Assembly: GCA_046761065.1 (NCBI GenBank)
Contig: JBHIFL010000001.1
Span: forward strand, 64,001 to 128,000
Length of the DNA stretch: 64,000 nucleotides
DNA from: Candidatus Heimdallarchaeota archaeon
GTDB lineage: Archaea > Asgardarchaeota > Wukongarchaeia > Wukongarchaeales > JBHIFL01
Reading direction: 5' to 3'
A program made the translations under genes and the position numbers. This document shows, piece after piece, positions 19,780 to 29,981 of this stretch (within the stretch, counting starts at the first letter, position 1; the number at the start of each line of letters is the position of its first letter). The notes beneath the pieces are model-generated. The model made no database searches. It was not told where the DNA came from and worked only from the letters and a program-made list of their open reading frames with translations.

Positions 19780-20379
19780 TCAATGTTCTGGAGGGATGGT
19801 TTCTATAATACCTCCTTTCTCTGGAGTGATGACTAGAACATCAATTCCATCCCCCGATGTAGCTTCTCGCCGTGAAGCCATCCGAATAGTCTCGATCACA
19901 AGTTCTCGTCCCTTATTTGTTGTGATATCAGTAAAATAGCCATCTTCAAGGACCCCAATAGCAATTTGAGCACCTGTTCCAGTTGCCGCATAGTCTTCAG
20001 CCATCAGACTCCCAATGGGATCCAATACATAAATATGGTTGCCTTTTTTGTCGGTCCCACCAACTATCGGTTCAACATAATATGGAAATATCCGGTTATT
20101 AAAAAGAACATTCGCCATGAGCTTTGCTGCAGTGCGGGTACCAATCATTTCCCCCTCTCGTTCCAAGTTATAGAGATTCACATAAGCCTTGATTAACCGA
20201 ACAATTTGCTGGGAGTCGCTGAAAAGTCCTGCCACTGCGGCTCCGATTCTTTCATCAACTAAAAACACTTTTCGAACATTTCTGGATTGGATGAACCTTC
20301 CTAATGCCATCCGTTTCTCCGCAGCTAGAACGACTCCATCAGTACAACTTAACCCTACAGCTGTTGCTCCTGCAATCAT
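19780..20379 (-). CDS. psmB: Proteasome beta subunit (probably non-catalytic type)
   Basis: GATAVG, DGVVLAAEKR, AGLFSDSQ, LDPIGS, ATGTGAQIAIGVLE, SGDGIDV. Confidence 0.93.
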   Translation of the reverse strand: MIAGATAVGLSCTDGVVLAAEKRMALGRFIQSRNVRKVFLVDERIGAAVAGLFSDSQQIVRLIKAYVNLYNLEREGEMIGTRTAAKLMANVLFNNRIFPYYVEPIVGGTDKKGNHIYVLDPIGSLMAEDYAATGTGAQIAIGVLEDGYFTDITTNKGRELVIETIRMASRREATSGDGIDVLVITPEKGGIIETIPPEH

Positions 20380-21058
20380 CTATATCACACTCTTATTTGC
20401 AATTTTTGGCTTCATCAAATTCCGTTATTTAGTGTGTTCTTACCGTCTTTGGGAGTTTTGATTGCCAATGCATATTTCTTTATTTGTAGTTAGTATTCCT
20501 AATTCGCCTTCAACATTCATAAATCTAGAGGGTTTTTAGCATTTTGTTTCTGGGTGGTTTCTTAAAATCCAGTTGTGGATAATCAGTATCGTTATAGCAA
20601 CTCTTGAAAACCCATAAGATCGGGACATGCATTGTGGGCTGGATATTCTCTGAATATTCTCTTCCATTGGGAATTTTTATATCCATTAAACTTTTCTATT
20701 CATTTATACGGGTTTTTGTTATTTTTGACTAAAAATGGATTAAGGCTTATTTAAAGAGATAAACAGGGTGCTTCTAGGATTTACAAGCAATTATCAAAGG
20801 ATTTAAATAAGAAGTCCTATTAACTACATTTAGAATTATAAATACAATCTGGTGGGGTTTGATCCCTTGGACTGGAATTTGCTTTAATGAGAACATTATT
20901 TTTCCGAAATCCCCAGTCCATTTCAGATTCGTACCCTCTGAATATTGGGTTTACGCAAAATAAACACCTATTCCTACTAGGTTATATCCCTAGTAGGAGA
21001 ACCCCTCAATCGTATGCTTCACGGATGCTGAAATGCTTGAAATTGGAGGTTCTACCTT

Positions 21059-22180
21059 ATGACTAGAGAAAATTCTGAGGAACTAGTAGTAGATGCATTT
21101 GGAGGAGGAGTAAGAGAGGATGATTATGCTTACTTGATGACGGAATTCGGAATCGAACGTATCCAAGATATTCTCTCCAATATCCCTGAACCGCACTTCT
21201 ATATGACGCGAGGGATCATGTTTGGACACACGGATCTGGGTCGTATACTCGAAGCAATTCGGAAGAACCGGCCCTTTGCGGTTATGACAGGGATTAAACC
21301 CTCATCATACTACCATCTAGGTTCTTTCATTACAGCGACAGAAGTCATCTATTTCCAGAGATTAGGAGCACACGTCTCCTTTTGCATTGCAGATCTAGAA
21401 TCGTATGCGGATGGGCGCCAAACACCGCAAGAAACGACCAAATATGCTATTGATAACATAACAGATGTTTTGGCCTTAGGCCTTGACCCGAAGCGGGCCT
21501 ATATATATCGACAATCAGAGGAGCTCGACGTGTTACGATTGGCTAGCCTTTTTGCAGCCCACGTGACGTATAATATGATGAAGGGACTCTATGGGGAAAG
21601 AGGGTTTGGACATTACCACGCAGCGTTGATTCAAGCAGGAGACATTCTACTTCCCCAACTTGAGCGTTTCGGTGGTCCTAAGCCAACAGTAACCCCAGTT
21701 GGGGCAGATCAGGCACCACATGCCCGTTTAACGCGAGATCTCGCAAAAAAAGAAGTCTTTCAGAAATTCTATGAATTTGTCCCCTCTGGTTTCACCTATC
21801 ATTTACTGCTTAAGGGACTTGATGGCACTAATAAAATGTCTAAACGAACAGCTATGTCATTTTTCAATTTCCAGGAAGAAGACTTCTTAATCAAACAGAA
21901 AGTGTTGAACGCCTTTACCGGAGGACGGGACACCGTTGAAGAGCAAAAACGGCTTGGCGGACGACCCGATATTTGTCGAAATTTCGATTTAGGCAAATTT
22001 TTCTTTATCCAGAGTGATAAAGAACTAGCAGATTTACGGGAAGAATGCATGAGTGGCCGATTACTTTGTGGAGAATGCAAACTGCAAATGCTCGAGCGGG
22101 TCTTAGAGTTCAAGCATCGACATAACGCCAAAAAAGAGAAATTACAGGATATGGCTCGTGAGATTATCTTGGGAGAATAA
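21059..22180 (+). CDS. trpS: Tryptophanyl-tRNA synthetase (archaeal type)
   Basis: TGIKPS..YHLGS (HIGH-like), Q.GDILLPQ, PVGADQAPH.RLTRD, KMSK, AFTGGR, LCGECK. Confidence 0.93.
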   Translation: MTRENSEELVVDAFGGGVREDDYAYLMTEFGIERIQDILSNIPEPHFYMTRGIMFGHTDLGRILEAIRKNRPFAVMTGIKPSSYYHLGSFITATEVIYFQRLGAHVSFCIADLESYADGRQTPQETTKYAIDNITDVLALGLDPKRAYIYRQSEELDVLRLASLFAAHVTYNMMKGLYGERGFGHYHAALIQAGDILLPQLERFGGPKPTVTPVGADQAPHARLTRDLAKKEVFQKFYEFVPSGFTYHLLLKGLDGTNKMSKRTAMSFFNFQEEDFLIKQKVLNAFTGGRDTVEEQKRLGGRPDICRNFDLGKFFFIQSDKELADLREECMSGRLLCGECKLQMLERVLEFKHRHNAKKEKLQDMAREIILGE

Positions 22181-22417
22181 TACGCTCTTGTGAGCTTATT
22201 CGAGGTATTCTGAGTAACAAAGAACTTGAAAGATTAAGAGAGAGCAGAGAAAAGAAGAAAGATGGTCTTTTAATGAACGAAGTTCAATCACTGTATTGTT
22301 TCAAGTGAGGAACTCCCAATAGGGAACCAATAAAGACAAACATCAGGAAGCGTAAAAGAAAATTCTTGTATTGAATAGTTGATTTTTATTACACATTAAC
22401 CTTAAGTATCCCTGAGT

Positions 22418-23416
22418 GTGGAAAGGATGCAGCAAATAACGGAAAACTGGCTTGACAGCGCATTTAAGCGAGCTATGCGGATTTCTGCGAAATCCTCAAA
22501 GACACTCCCAGCGATTGTTCGAGCGAAAAACCGTGAAAGTGCACGGGTACGAACGGCGGCACAAGTCCTGAAAGATCGGCTTAGTAGGGTTCAGCGATGG
22601 TTTCCAAGTTTCGATAAGATGCATCCCTTCTACAGAGCAACACTGAGCATCTTCATTTCGCTTGATAAGGTGAAACAAGCGATTGGCTCCATCGTTGGCG
22701 GACAAAGCGTCATCCAAGCGATTGAACGGGATCAGATTAAAAAGATCAAGCGCGCGACAGAAAGTATCCAAGCAATTAGAGCTAGAAAGCAAGCCTTTGC
22801 CCGTTTTGCATCATTTTTAGGTAAATTGGAGCAAAGGGTACAATTTCTTCAGGAACTACGATTTAAAATGCGAGGGTTCCCGAACTTAGATCCCAATCTG
22901 CCAACTGTGGTTTTAGCTGGTTATCCCAACGTAGGAAAGAGCACTGTTGTTCAAAAAATCTCGTCCGCTAATCCTGAAATCGCTCATTATCCTTTCACGA
23001 CAAAAGAAGTCTCTATAGGACATGTAAACATCTTAAACGTCAAGACACAGATTGTGGATACGCCAGGAATACTAGATAGACCCGCTACTGAACGGAACCC
23101 AATCGAAAAACAAGCACTGGTTGCTCTACACCATCTTCCAGATCTGGTGGTCTTCATTTTTGACCCTTCGTTCAGCTGCGGATACGAGCTGCAAGCCCAA
23201 GAAAATTTATTTAAGGAGATTTTAGATACCTTTCCTACGACTCCGATCATTATTGCAATAAATAAAGTGGATATTGCCTCAAAAGATACAATTGATCAGT
23301 TGAAAGAGCGACTAAATGAAAATAAAGATTGTGTAGAGATTATTGCAACTGAAGAAAAAGGTCTTGATATCTTATTGAAGAATATTGGAAGATACCTTCA
23401 TCAAAGGAAATTGTAG
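22418..23416 (+). CDS. NOG1-family GTP-binding protein
   Basis: HPFY, AGYPNVGKST, YPFTTK, DTPGILDRP..ERN.IE, NKVD. Confidence 0.93.
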   Translation: MERMQQITENWLDSAFKRAMRISAKSSKTLPAIVRAKNRESARVRTAAQVLKDRLSRVQRWFPSFDKMHPFYRATLSIFISLDKVKQAIGSIVGGQSVIQAIERDQIKKIKRATESIQAIRARKQAFARFASFLGKLEQRVQFLQELRFKMRGFPNLDPNLPTVVLAGYPNVGKSTVVQKISSANPEIAHYPFTTKEVSIGHVNILNVKTQIVDTPGILDRPATERNPIEKQALVALHHLPDLVVFIFDPSFSCGYELQAQENLFKEILDTFPTTPIIIAINKVDIASKDTIDQLKERLNENKDCVEIIATEEKGLDILLKNIGRYLHQRKL

Positions 23417-23515
23417 CATCGAGTGTCTGTTTAAAGCTACCAGCTCCTATTATCCATCCCTCAATGGAAGCCAATTCACCGCTAAATATTTATAAAACTA
23501 AAGAAGGACAGTGAT

Positions 23516-24025
23516 ATGCCTGTATTACCGATTTTGTTATTAGGGAATCCTCTGCTACGCGAACAAACAAGTCCTGTTGAAACCTTCAATCTGAAAGAAT
23601 TACAACATACAATCATCAATATGGAAGACACCCTTATCCATCTACAAAAACAAGAAGGATTGGGTCGAGGCCTAGCAGCCCCACAGATTGGTGTTTTAAA
23701 ACAAATCATTGTCTTTAAAACACCAGGCGCTCCTCATGTTATGATTAATCCGAAAATTCGCGAAATGAGTTCAGAGCAATTTGTTGTCTGGGATAGTTGT
23801 TTTTGCTTTAAACTAGCCTTTTTTGTTGAAGTCAAGCGGTTTCAGAAAATAAGTGTTGAGTACCAAGACGCAAAGGGGGTTCAGAAGGTCATTGACGCGG
23901 AAAATGCGCTTGCCGAACTCTTTCAACATGAAATTGATCATTTAAATGGCATTCTTGCCATTGATCGAATGATCTCCACACGTCGGATCTTAATGAGAGA
24001 GGAATGGGAGAATCAATTCCAATGA
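23516..24025 (+). CDS. def: Peptide deformylase homologue
   Basis: G.GLAAPQIG, INP, QHEIDHLNG; motif 2 EGCLS appears as DSCFC. Confidence 0.88.
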   Translation: MPVLPILLLGNPLLREQTSPVETFNLKELQHTIINMEDTLIHLQKQEGLGRGLAAPQIGVLKQIIVFKTPGAPHVMINPKIREMSSEQFVVWDSCFCFKLAFFVEVKRFQKISVEYQDAKGVQKVIDAENALAELFQHEIDHLNGILAIDRMISTRRILMREEWENQFQ

Positions 24026-24516
24026 TTTTAGCAGCTTCTTTTGGTCATGAGGACAGAAATCAAATCACCGTGTAATCTGAGCATCAAACAGTAATACGAA
24101 CAGCTTATGAGAGAATAAGGAAGATTTGTCTAAGTTAATTGAGATCAAGTATTAATAAATACAAAAAACCGGTTAAATCGTGTTATATCTAAATTAGGAT
24201 GAAAATCTTATATTAGGAGGACAATTAAAACTAAAACACATTTAGTTCTGTTATGTTTGTCATTAATCGTTCACATTTTACTTTTATTAGAACTTTTATG
24301 GGGGTTTTTCAATAGGTGGAGTCTTCGGATTGTAATTGCTGCCCGTATCACTATAGTAACGTTCCATGGTTTAAAGAGACTCTAAATGACGTTCAAACGA
24401 AAAGGAAGAGAGATCATAGAAAGGTCCTTTGAAAGATTGAATAATATGCATCAAAGAGAGATATCGAAGAAGAAATTCCAATAATCTCTGAGTCGGTGCT
24501 GGTGTCTATGCTATTA

Positions 24517-25581
24517 CTATAATGATCTTCCCGCCCCATGACATTCAATAGTAACAGGTTCCCCAAGTCGTCCAATTACATTAAATTCGGCTCCTGCAAT
24601 GGTTTCACATAGTTCAATAGCTGTAATAGCATGTAATGTAAGTTCTGTGCAGCCTATTCGACTAACACCATCAGCCAACGCCATCCAAACGATCAATTGA
24701 TCTGAGAGGTGTTTGTCGATGGGCTTATTTCGCTGTAATTGAGAAATGAACTGACGTGCAGCTTCTTCTCCAACATGTTCGGCCTTTTTACCCCGTTCAC
24801 CTAATGAATCCGCCCCAATAATAGCACCTAAGGAGGATTTAGCCCATAGAACAATCCCTGATCCGGGGGATCTAGCGCTCATATCGGTTTTAACTTCGAT
24901 TGATACCTCGTTGAGCCCGTGTTTGGCAAGGGTACGCCTCGCAGATCGAGCTTGCCTTTCCGCCACATGTCTTGGCAGCTTTGAGCAATAAGATATGCCC
25001 TCAATGGCCTCAATTTTTCCTCGTTCAGGCAGAACAATGGGATTTATTTTATGAATCGGTGTTGCTTCGACTTCGACCAGTCCACCCCCTTTAGGATAGT
25101 AACCACGTCTCACTAGGTTCACAGTGGGTTCAAATCCCATATGTGTGGAGAGGATCGGAAGAAAAACGTTGGTCATATAGGGAATTGGAGGGGCCCACTT
25201 GACACTCGTCCCCCCCATTATTTTCAGGGAGGATCTGACTTGCGTGAATGCGAATACTGGAAGCACACATTGCAGGAGCAAAGTGATACTTCCAGCAGTT
25301 CCAATATCAATTGAAAAAGAACCCCCTCGAATTGATTTAGGAGAAAATCGTACCTCCATGCTGTTCTCCTCTAATCCCCACATCTCAGCTCCGCATACCC
25401 TTCCGACCAGCCTCACAGCTTGCCTATGTTGCGGTCGAAGTCCAGGATTTTTTCGTTTCTTTCTGATATTATAGACTCTGATTTGACGGCCATAAATAGC
25501 TGCTAACGCCACGGCATTACGTAACAGTTGCCCTCCGCCCTCACCTTGAGAGCCATCGATGTCTATTAGGCCTTCATGCAT
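24517..25581 (-). CDS. rtcA: RNA 3'-terminal phosphate cyclase
   Basis: DGSQGEGGGQLLR, RKNPGLRPQH, GTAGSITL, RGYYPKGGG, D.HL.DQL, TLH. Confidence 0.96.
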   Translation of the reverse strand: MHEGLIDIDGSQGEGGGQLLRNAVALAAIYGRQIRVYNIRKKRKNPGLRPQHRQAVRLVGRVCGAEMWGLEENSMEVRFSPKSIRGGSFSIDIGTAGSITLLLQCVLPVFAFTQVRSSLKIMGGTSVKWAPPIPYMTNVFLPILSTHMGFEPTVNLVRRGYYPKGGGLVEVEATPIHKINPIVLPERGKIEAIEGISYCSKLPRHVAERQARSARRTLAKHGLNEVSIEVKTDMSARSPGSGIVLWAKSSLGAIIGADSLGERGKKAEHVGEEAARQFISQLQRNKPIDKHLSDQLIVWMALADGVSRIGCTELTLHAITAIELCETIAGAEFNVIGRLGEPVTIECHGAGRSL

Positions 25582-25755
25582 GGTTATATCCCCTAAATGA
25601 AATCGATGCTATACTGAGTAAATCACTTCGTCTTTATTACCAACCTAGATTGGATTATAGCAAGTATACTTTCCTATCATCTTTTAAGAATTAATAATAT
25701 TGCGTATACGATGGTTTCCAGGTGATAAGATGTCAATAACACCTTAAAAATTACT

Positions 25756-26028
25756 CTAAACTTTACGTTCAGTTTTAGAACGGATATTAACAAGACCACG
25801 ATGAACCGCACAACTGACGCAGTAATATACAATCCTTCGCTCCCTGGGAATGTAACTTCCACGTTGACGGAGTTCACGTCCGAGGACTGGATCTACTAGA
25901 CTGCTGTACCGCGTCTTCTTTTTTGCTTTATCACGAGGAACCATCTGGCCACAAGCCGTACACTGAACCATCGAGCTTCGGCCTTTCTTTCCTTTTGTAC
26001 GGCCTCGAGATTTTCGTTTTTTTCCCAA
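25756..26028 (-). CDS. rps26e: 30S ribosomal protein eS26
   Basis: KKRKSRGR.KG, VQC..CG..VPRDKAK, YCVSCAVH. Confidence 0.95.
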   Translation of the reverse strand: MGKKRKSRGRTKGKKGRSSMVQCTACGQMVPRDKAKKKTRYSSLVDPVLGRELRQRGSYIPRERRIVYYCVSCAVHRGLVNIRSKTERKV

Positions 26029-26252
26029 TCTCCAGTCTCTCCAAATTAAATAAAATACCGAGATGTTTAGACATAAATGTTAGGGTACTCACGGATTATC
26101 TGAAGGTTCACTATGTAGACTTCCTTTGGTGGATTCTACAGTTTATTTTGCATTTCTGTTCTTACTTCCCTCAAGATTGCTCTTTATTATCACTTTTCTG
26201 AGATGTCACGAGGGTTCCTTCCCCCTGATCATGTTTAACGCTTTCTCTTTGT

Positions 26253-26699
26253 TTATTCATCAAAAAGTATTTGGATATCACCTGTTAGATCCCGAGTGGC
26301 CTTCTCGAAGATTTCCGCCACACGGTGTGCATACTTCCGTAAGACCCGAATGGCTAACCCAAGTGAACGAGATTCGCGACTGGCACCAATCAAGATGAAC
26401 CGTCCCGCATTGGCCAAGATGGTATAACCGGTTTCCCCACGTACCATGACTTCCCACATTTCGGGGCCATGATCCATACGTGAGACTACCATCTCACCAG
26501 TACTTAAGACCGCAGCGGCTATTGCTGCAAAGAGATCAGGATCTGCATCTGTTTCGGTAAAAAAAGCAACTCGTACACCTTCGCGGGTAACCAAAGCGAG
26601 AGCATCCATATCGCAGTATTTAACGATCTCCTGTAAAAGTTGATAAAGTTCTGTTTTTTGTTCAGCAGTAAGAGCAAATTCTCCAGCTAATTCGTTCAC
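26253..26699 (-). CDS. Roadblock/LC7 domain protein
   Basis: ALVTREG, FAAIAAAVLSTGE, VMVRGETGYTIL, LGL pattern of the roadblock fold. Confidence 0.85.
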   Translation of the reverse strand: MNELAGEFALTAEQKTELYQLLQEIVKYCDMDALALVTREGVRVAFFTETDADPDLFAAIAAAVLSTGEMVVSRMDHGPEMWEVMVRGETGYTILANAGRFILIGASRESRSLGLAIRVLRKYAHRVAEIFEKATRDLTGDIQILFDE

Positions 26700-26926
26700 C
26701 TTCTATTGTAGATAATGTCGCTTACAAAACAAAAAAGGGTTTTCATTAAAGTTTTTATAGAGGTGGTTGCAGGCAGGAGGATTTGTTTGGGTTATGTCTA
26801 AAAGAATTACCTGTGAATCATTCTTACTAAGACCAAACTATGGACCCCAAAACGTGCCATTTTCTATGGTATGCAAAGAATATAAATATATGATGAGGTG
26901 GGGGAGGAGACTCTCGTTGGACAATT

Positions 26927-28411
26927 TTAATAGGACCTTGCAAAACGCATTATTGTTATAGCCCTTTTACCACAAGCAAAACAGACTCCTTCTACATCTT
27001 CAAAGTTCTGTAGGTCCTCTGGGGTCCCAAGAACGGAACCTGTTAATTCTTCTTCCAGAAATTTCCCACATTCCTCTAACCCACACCATGGAAGTTCTAC
27101 CACGCCGATACGCTGCCCAACTACTTCTTTTGCTTCTTCAAGTGTTTTAACACGATAAATACGACTTTGTAGGAATTTTGCTTCTCGCTGCTTGATATCT
27201 CGAGTCAATCGAACGAGAAGATCTGTAATTCGAGTCGTTGCTTCAAGTCGGGGGACGATTTCACGTTTAAGGGTGTCCCGACGGACTAAAGTAACTGAGT
27301 TTGTTTCAAGATCCGTTGGTCCAACTTCAACCCGAACAGGTACGCCTCTCATCTCCCAAAAGAAAAATTTGGCCCCAGGGGTTTTTTCGGACCTATCTAC
27401 CGTGACCCGAATGTTTTCGTGTTCCAACTCCTTCATTAATTCGTCACAAACCTTATTGATCTCTTGTTCTAGGCTTGCAAATGGAATAGGGATAATAATT
27501 ACCTGAATTGGGGCAACCTTTGGAGGGAATACAAGACCGTGATCATCTCCATGAACGATAAGGGTTGCTGCGATACATCGTTCGGAGATCCCATAACAGC
27601 TTTGATAGGCCCATTGTGATTTTCCATCTCTGGTCTCAAATTTAATGTCAAAAGCTTTGGCGAAATTCGTTCCCAGATTATGGACTGTTCCAATCTGGAG
27701 AGTTCGACCATCTGGTAGAATTGTATCAAATGCAATTGAGTATTCTGCACCCGCAAATTTATCCCATTCTGGACGACGAGTGATCAGATAGGGGATACCC
27801 AACTCGTCGAAAAACCTCGCATAGATCCCTACCGCCTCTTGGATTTGCTGTTCTAGCTCTTCATACGAGGCATGGACGGTGTGAGCTTCTTTAAAGCTGG
27901 TTAACTCCCGGACACGTAGTAACGGACGGGTATGTTTAGTTTCATATCGAAACGTGGATACGACCTGATAGAGTTTCAAAGGAAGATCTGCATGGCTCCG
28001 CACCCATAAATGATACATGGGGTAGATTGAGGTCTCTGAAGTGGGGCGTAACACAAGGGGGACTTCAAGCTCATCAGTACCTCCTCGAGTGACCCAATAA
28101 ACTTGCTTTTCAAAACCCCGGATATGTTGAGCTTCCTTGAGAAATTCGGCTTCCGGGATCAGCAGTGGAAATAAAGCTTCGTCATGGCCGGTCTGATCAT
28201 GCAGAGTGCGTAAGATCTCATACGTGTATTTCCGCAACTTAAACCCAAAAGGCCGCCAGACTCCTGCGCCTTTTAACGGATATCTAAAATCAACAATTTC
28301 AGCATCATCTAGGATTTTATCAAACCATTCGGAGAAGTTTCTTGCCCATTCGTCTCGTGTTGGGGATTTTTGCTGTTCTTCGGCTTGCTGCTCGTTACGG
28401 TCACTTGTCAT
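26927..28411 (-). CDS. proS: Prolyl-tRNA synthetase (archaeal/eukaryotic type)
   Basis: FSEWF, RYPLKG, LRPTSET, FRYETKHTRPLLRVRE, QIGTVHNLG, YGISER, C-terminal ARSY. Confidence 0.97.
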   Translation of the reverse strand: MTSDRNEQQAEEQQKSPTRDEWARNFSEWFDKILDDAEIVDFRYPLKGAGVWRPFGFKLRKYTYEILRTLHDQTGHDEALFPLLIPEAEFLKEAQHIRGFEKQVYWVTRGGTDELEVPLVLRPTSETSIYPMYHLWVRSHADLPLKLYQVVSTFRYETKHTRPLLRVRELTSFKEAHTVHASYEELEQQIQEAVGIYARFFDELGIPYLITRRPEWDKFAGAEYSIAFDTILPDGRTLQIGTVHNLGTNFAKAFDIKFETRDGKSQWAYQSCYGISERCIAATLIVHGDDHGLVFPPKVAPIQVIIIPIPFASLEQEINKVCDELMKELEHENIRVTVDRSEKTPGAKFFFWEMRGVPVRVEVGPTDLETNSVTLVRRDTLKREIVPRLEATTRITDLLVRLTRDIKQREAKFLQSRIYRVKTLEEAKEVVGQRIGVVELPWCGLEECGKFLEEELTGSVLGTPEDLQNFEDVEGVCFACGKRAITIMRFARSY

Positions 28412-28568
28412 GTTTAAACCACCGCAATTGGATGAAATTCGTTCTGCAAATGAATTCTAGATTGTTTCTCTTTTGCTTGTTTTAAACTCATTTTTTTTAT
28501 GTAAAAAAATTCTTTTAAAGCTCACCTTCAAAACTCTTTATGAAAAACGTGATTGGCGGATCAATCCA

Positions 28569-29813
28569 ATGCGAGCTTTGCTTATTATTGCAGATGGCAT
28601 GGGAGATCGCCTTATCCCCGAATTAGGTGATGGAGAAATAGGTAAAACACCTCTTGAGGCCACAGAGACTCCATCTCTAGATGAATTGGCTCGAAGAGGG
28701 ATTAATGGGCTGGTTGATGTAATACGGCCAGGAATCATTCCTGGGAGTGACACGGCTCACCTTTCCCTCTTTGGTTATAATGCATTTAAGACGTATTCTG
28801 GACGAGGTGCACTTGAAGCGCTCGGTGTCGGGCTCCAAGTGAAGAAAGGGGATGTTGCATTTCGTTGCAATCTTGCCACGGTCGAAAATGGAGTGATTAT
28901 TGATCGAAGAGCCGGAAGAATATCTGAGGAGGGGGATGAACTGATTCAGGCGTTACAAGGTATTCGCTCAGACATTTCACCTGATACTAAAATCATTGTA
29001 AAACATACAGTGGAACATCGATGTGCTATGATCTTAAGGGGACCGGATATCTCCCCAAAGGTGTCTCCAACAGACCCCAAGAAAAATGAAGTGAAAATTG
29101 CAAGATCTGTTCCTCTTGAAGAGACTAAAGCTGCCTATAAGACATCTATGCTCCTTAATGAGCTTTCTGATGAATTTTATAATATTTTAAGCGCTCACCC
29201 TATAAATTCCGAAAGACAAGCTCATGGCTTGCTTCCCGCAAATTGTATACTATTTCGCGGAGGAGGCACTGTACCGGACGTGATTCCGCTCCCGGAGTTA
29301 TACAAAAGCTCGTGTGCGTTTATTGCTCCCAGCTCATTAGTTGCCGGTGTTGCTATTGCTGTTGGTATGAAGCCTATTGAAGTCCCAGGGGCGACTGGGA
29401 CTTATAATACAGATCATCGAGCCAAAGCCACGAGGGCACTCGCTGCCCTTGAATCGAATGACTTTGTTTTCATTCATTTCAAACCTACTGATAATGCTAG
29501 TCATGATGGAAATGTTGCGCTGAAACAAAAAATGATTCAGAAAGTCGATGAAATAGCAGGAATCATCCTTGACGCGAACTTGCCCGATTTGCATATTGCG
29601 ATATGCGCAGATCACTGTACACCTCTTAGGGTTCGCGAACATACTGCAGATCCCGTTCCTTTGGCAATCATGGGATCCCAAGTAAGGACTGATGATATTA
29701 AAGTTTTTGATGAACGATCCGCCGTAAGAGGAGCCCTCCAGAGGCTCCGAGGGCATGACATTATACCAATTCTGATGAATTTAATTGGACATCAAAAAAT
29801 GTTTGGCGCATAA
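28569..29813 (+). CDS. apgM: Cofactor-independent phosphoglycerate mutase, archaeal type
   Basis: DGMGDR, KTPLE, PGSDTAHLSLFGY, GRGALEALG, DRRAGRI, D.ASHDG, ADHCTP, HTADPVP; start set at ATG 28569. Confidence 0.95.
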   Translation: MRALLIIADGMGDRLIPELGDGEIGKTPLEATETPSLDELARRGINGLVDVIRPGIIPGSDTAHLSLFGYNAFKTYSGRGALEALGVGLQVKKGDVAFRCNLATVENGVIIDRRAGRISEEGDELIQALQGIRSDISPDTKIIVKHTVEHRCAMILRGPDISPKVSPTDPKKNEVKIARSVPLEETKAAYKTSMLLNELSDEFYNILSAHPINSERQAHGLLPANCILFRGGGTVPDVIPLPELYKSSCAFIAPSSLVAGVAIAVGMKPIEVPGATGTYNTDHRAKATRALAALESNDFVFIHFKPTDNASHDGNVALKQKMIQKVDEIAGIILDANLPDLHIAICADHCTPLRVREHTADPVPLAIMGSQVRTDDIKVFDERSAVRGALQRLRGHDIIPILMNLIGHQKMFGA

Positions 29814-29981
29814 GGCGATCATCTCCTATGCGTAACAACCACGTTAGTTTGGTTCTTATTCGATCTCTTGGAAAAGCAAAAACCGCCGAATATAAATTTC
29901 TTCGGATTCAAGGAGTTATAGTTTGAAAACAATAATTCAAAGCTTTATCAGGTCATATTTTTGGCTATTGGTTCAGAGGAA

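Noticed and set aside
25125-25140. tRNA T-arm-like gtgggttcaaatcccat
   Set aside because: Inside rtcA; no cloverleaf around it. No tRNA gene was found in the window.
24517-25581. rtcA as a dedicated partner of the permuted 5S
   Set aside because: About 5 kb away with unrelated genes between. RtcA is a cyclase, not the ligase, and endonuclease cuts already leave cyclic phosphates.
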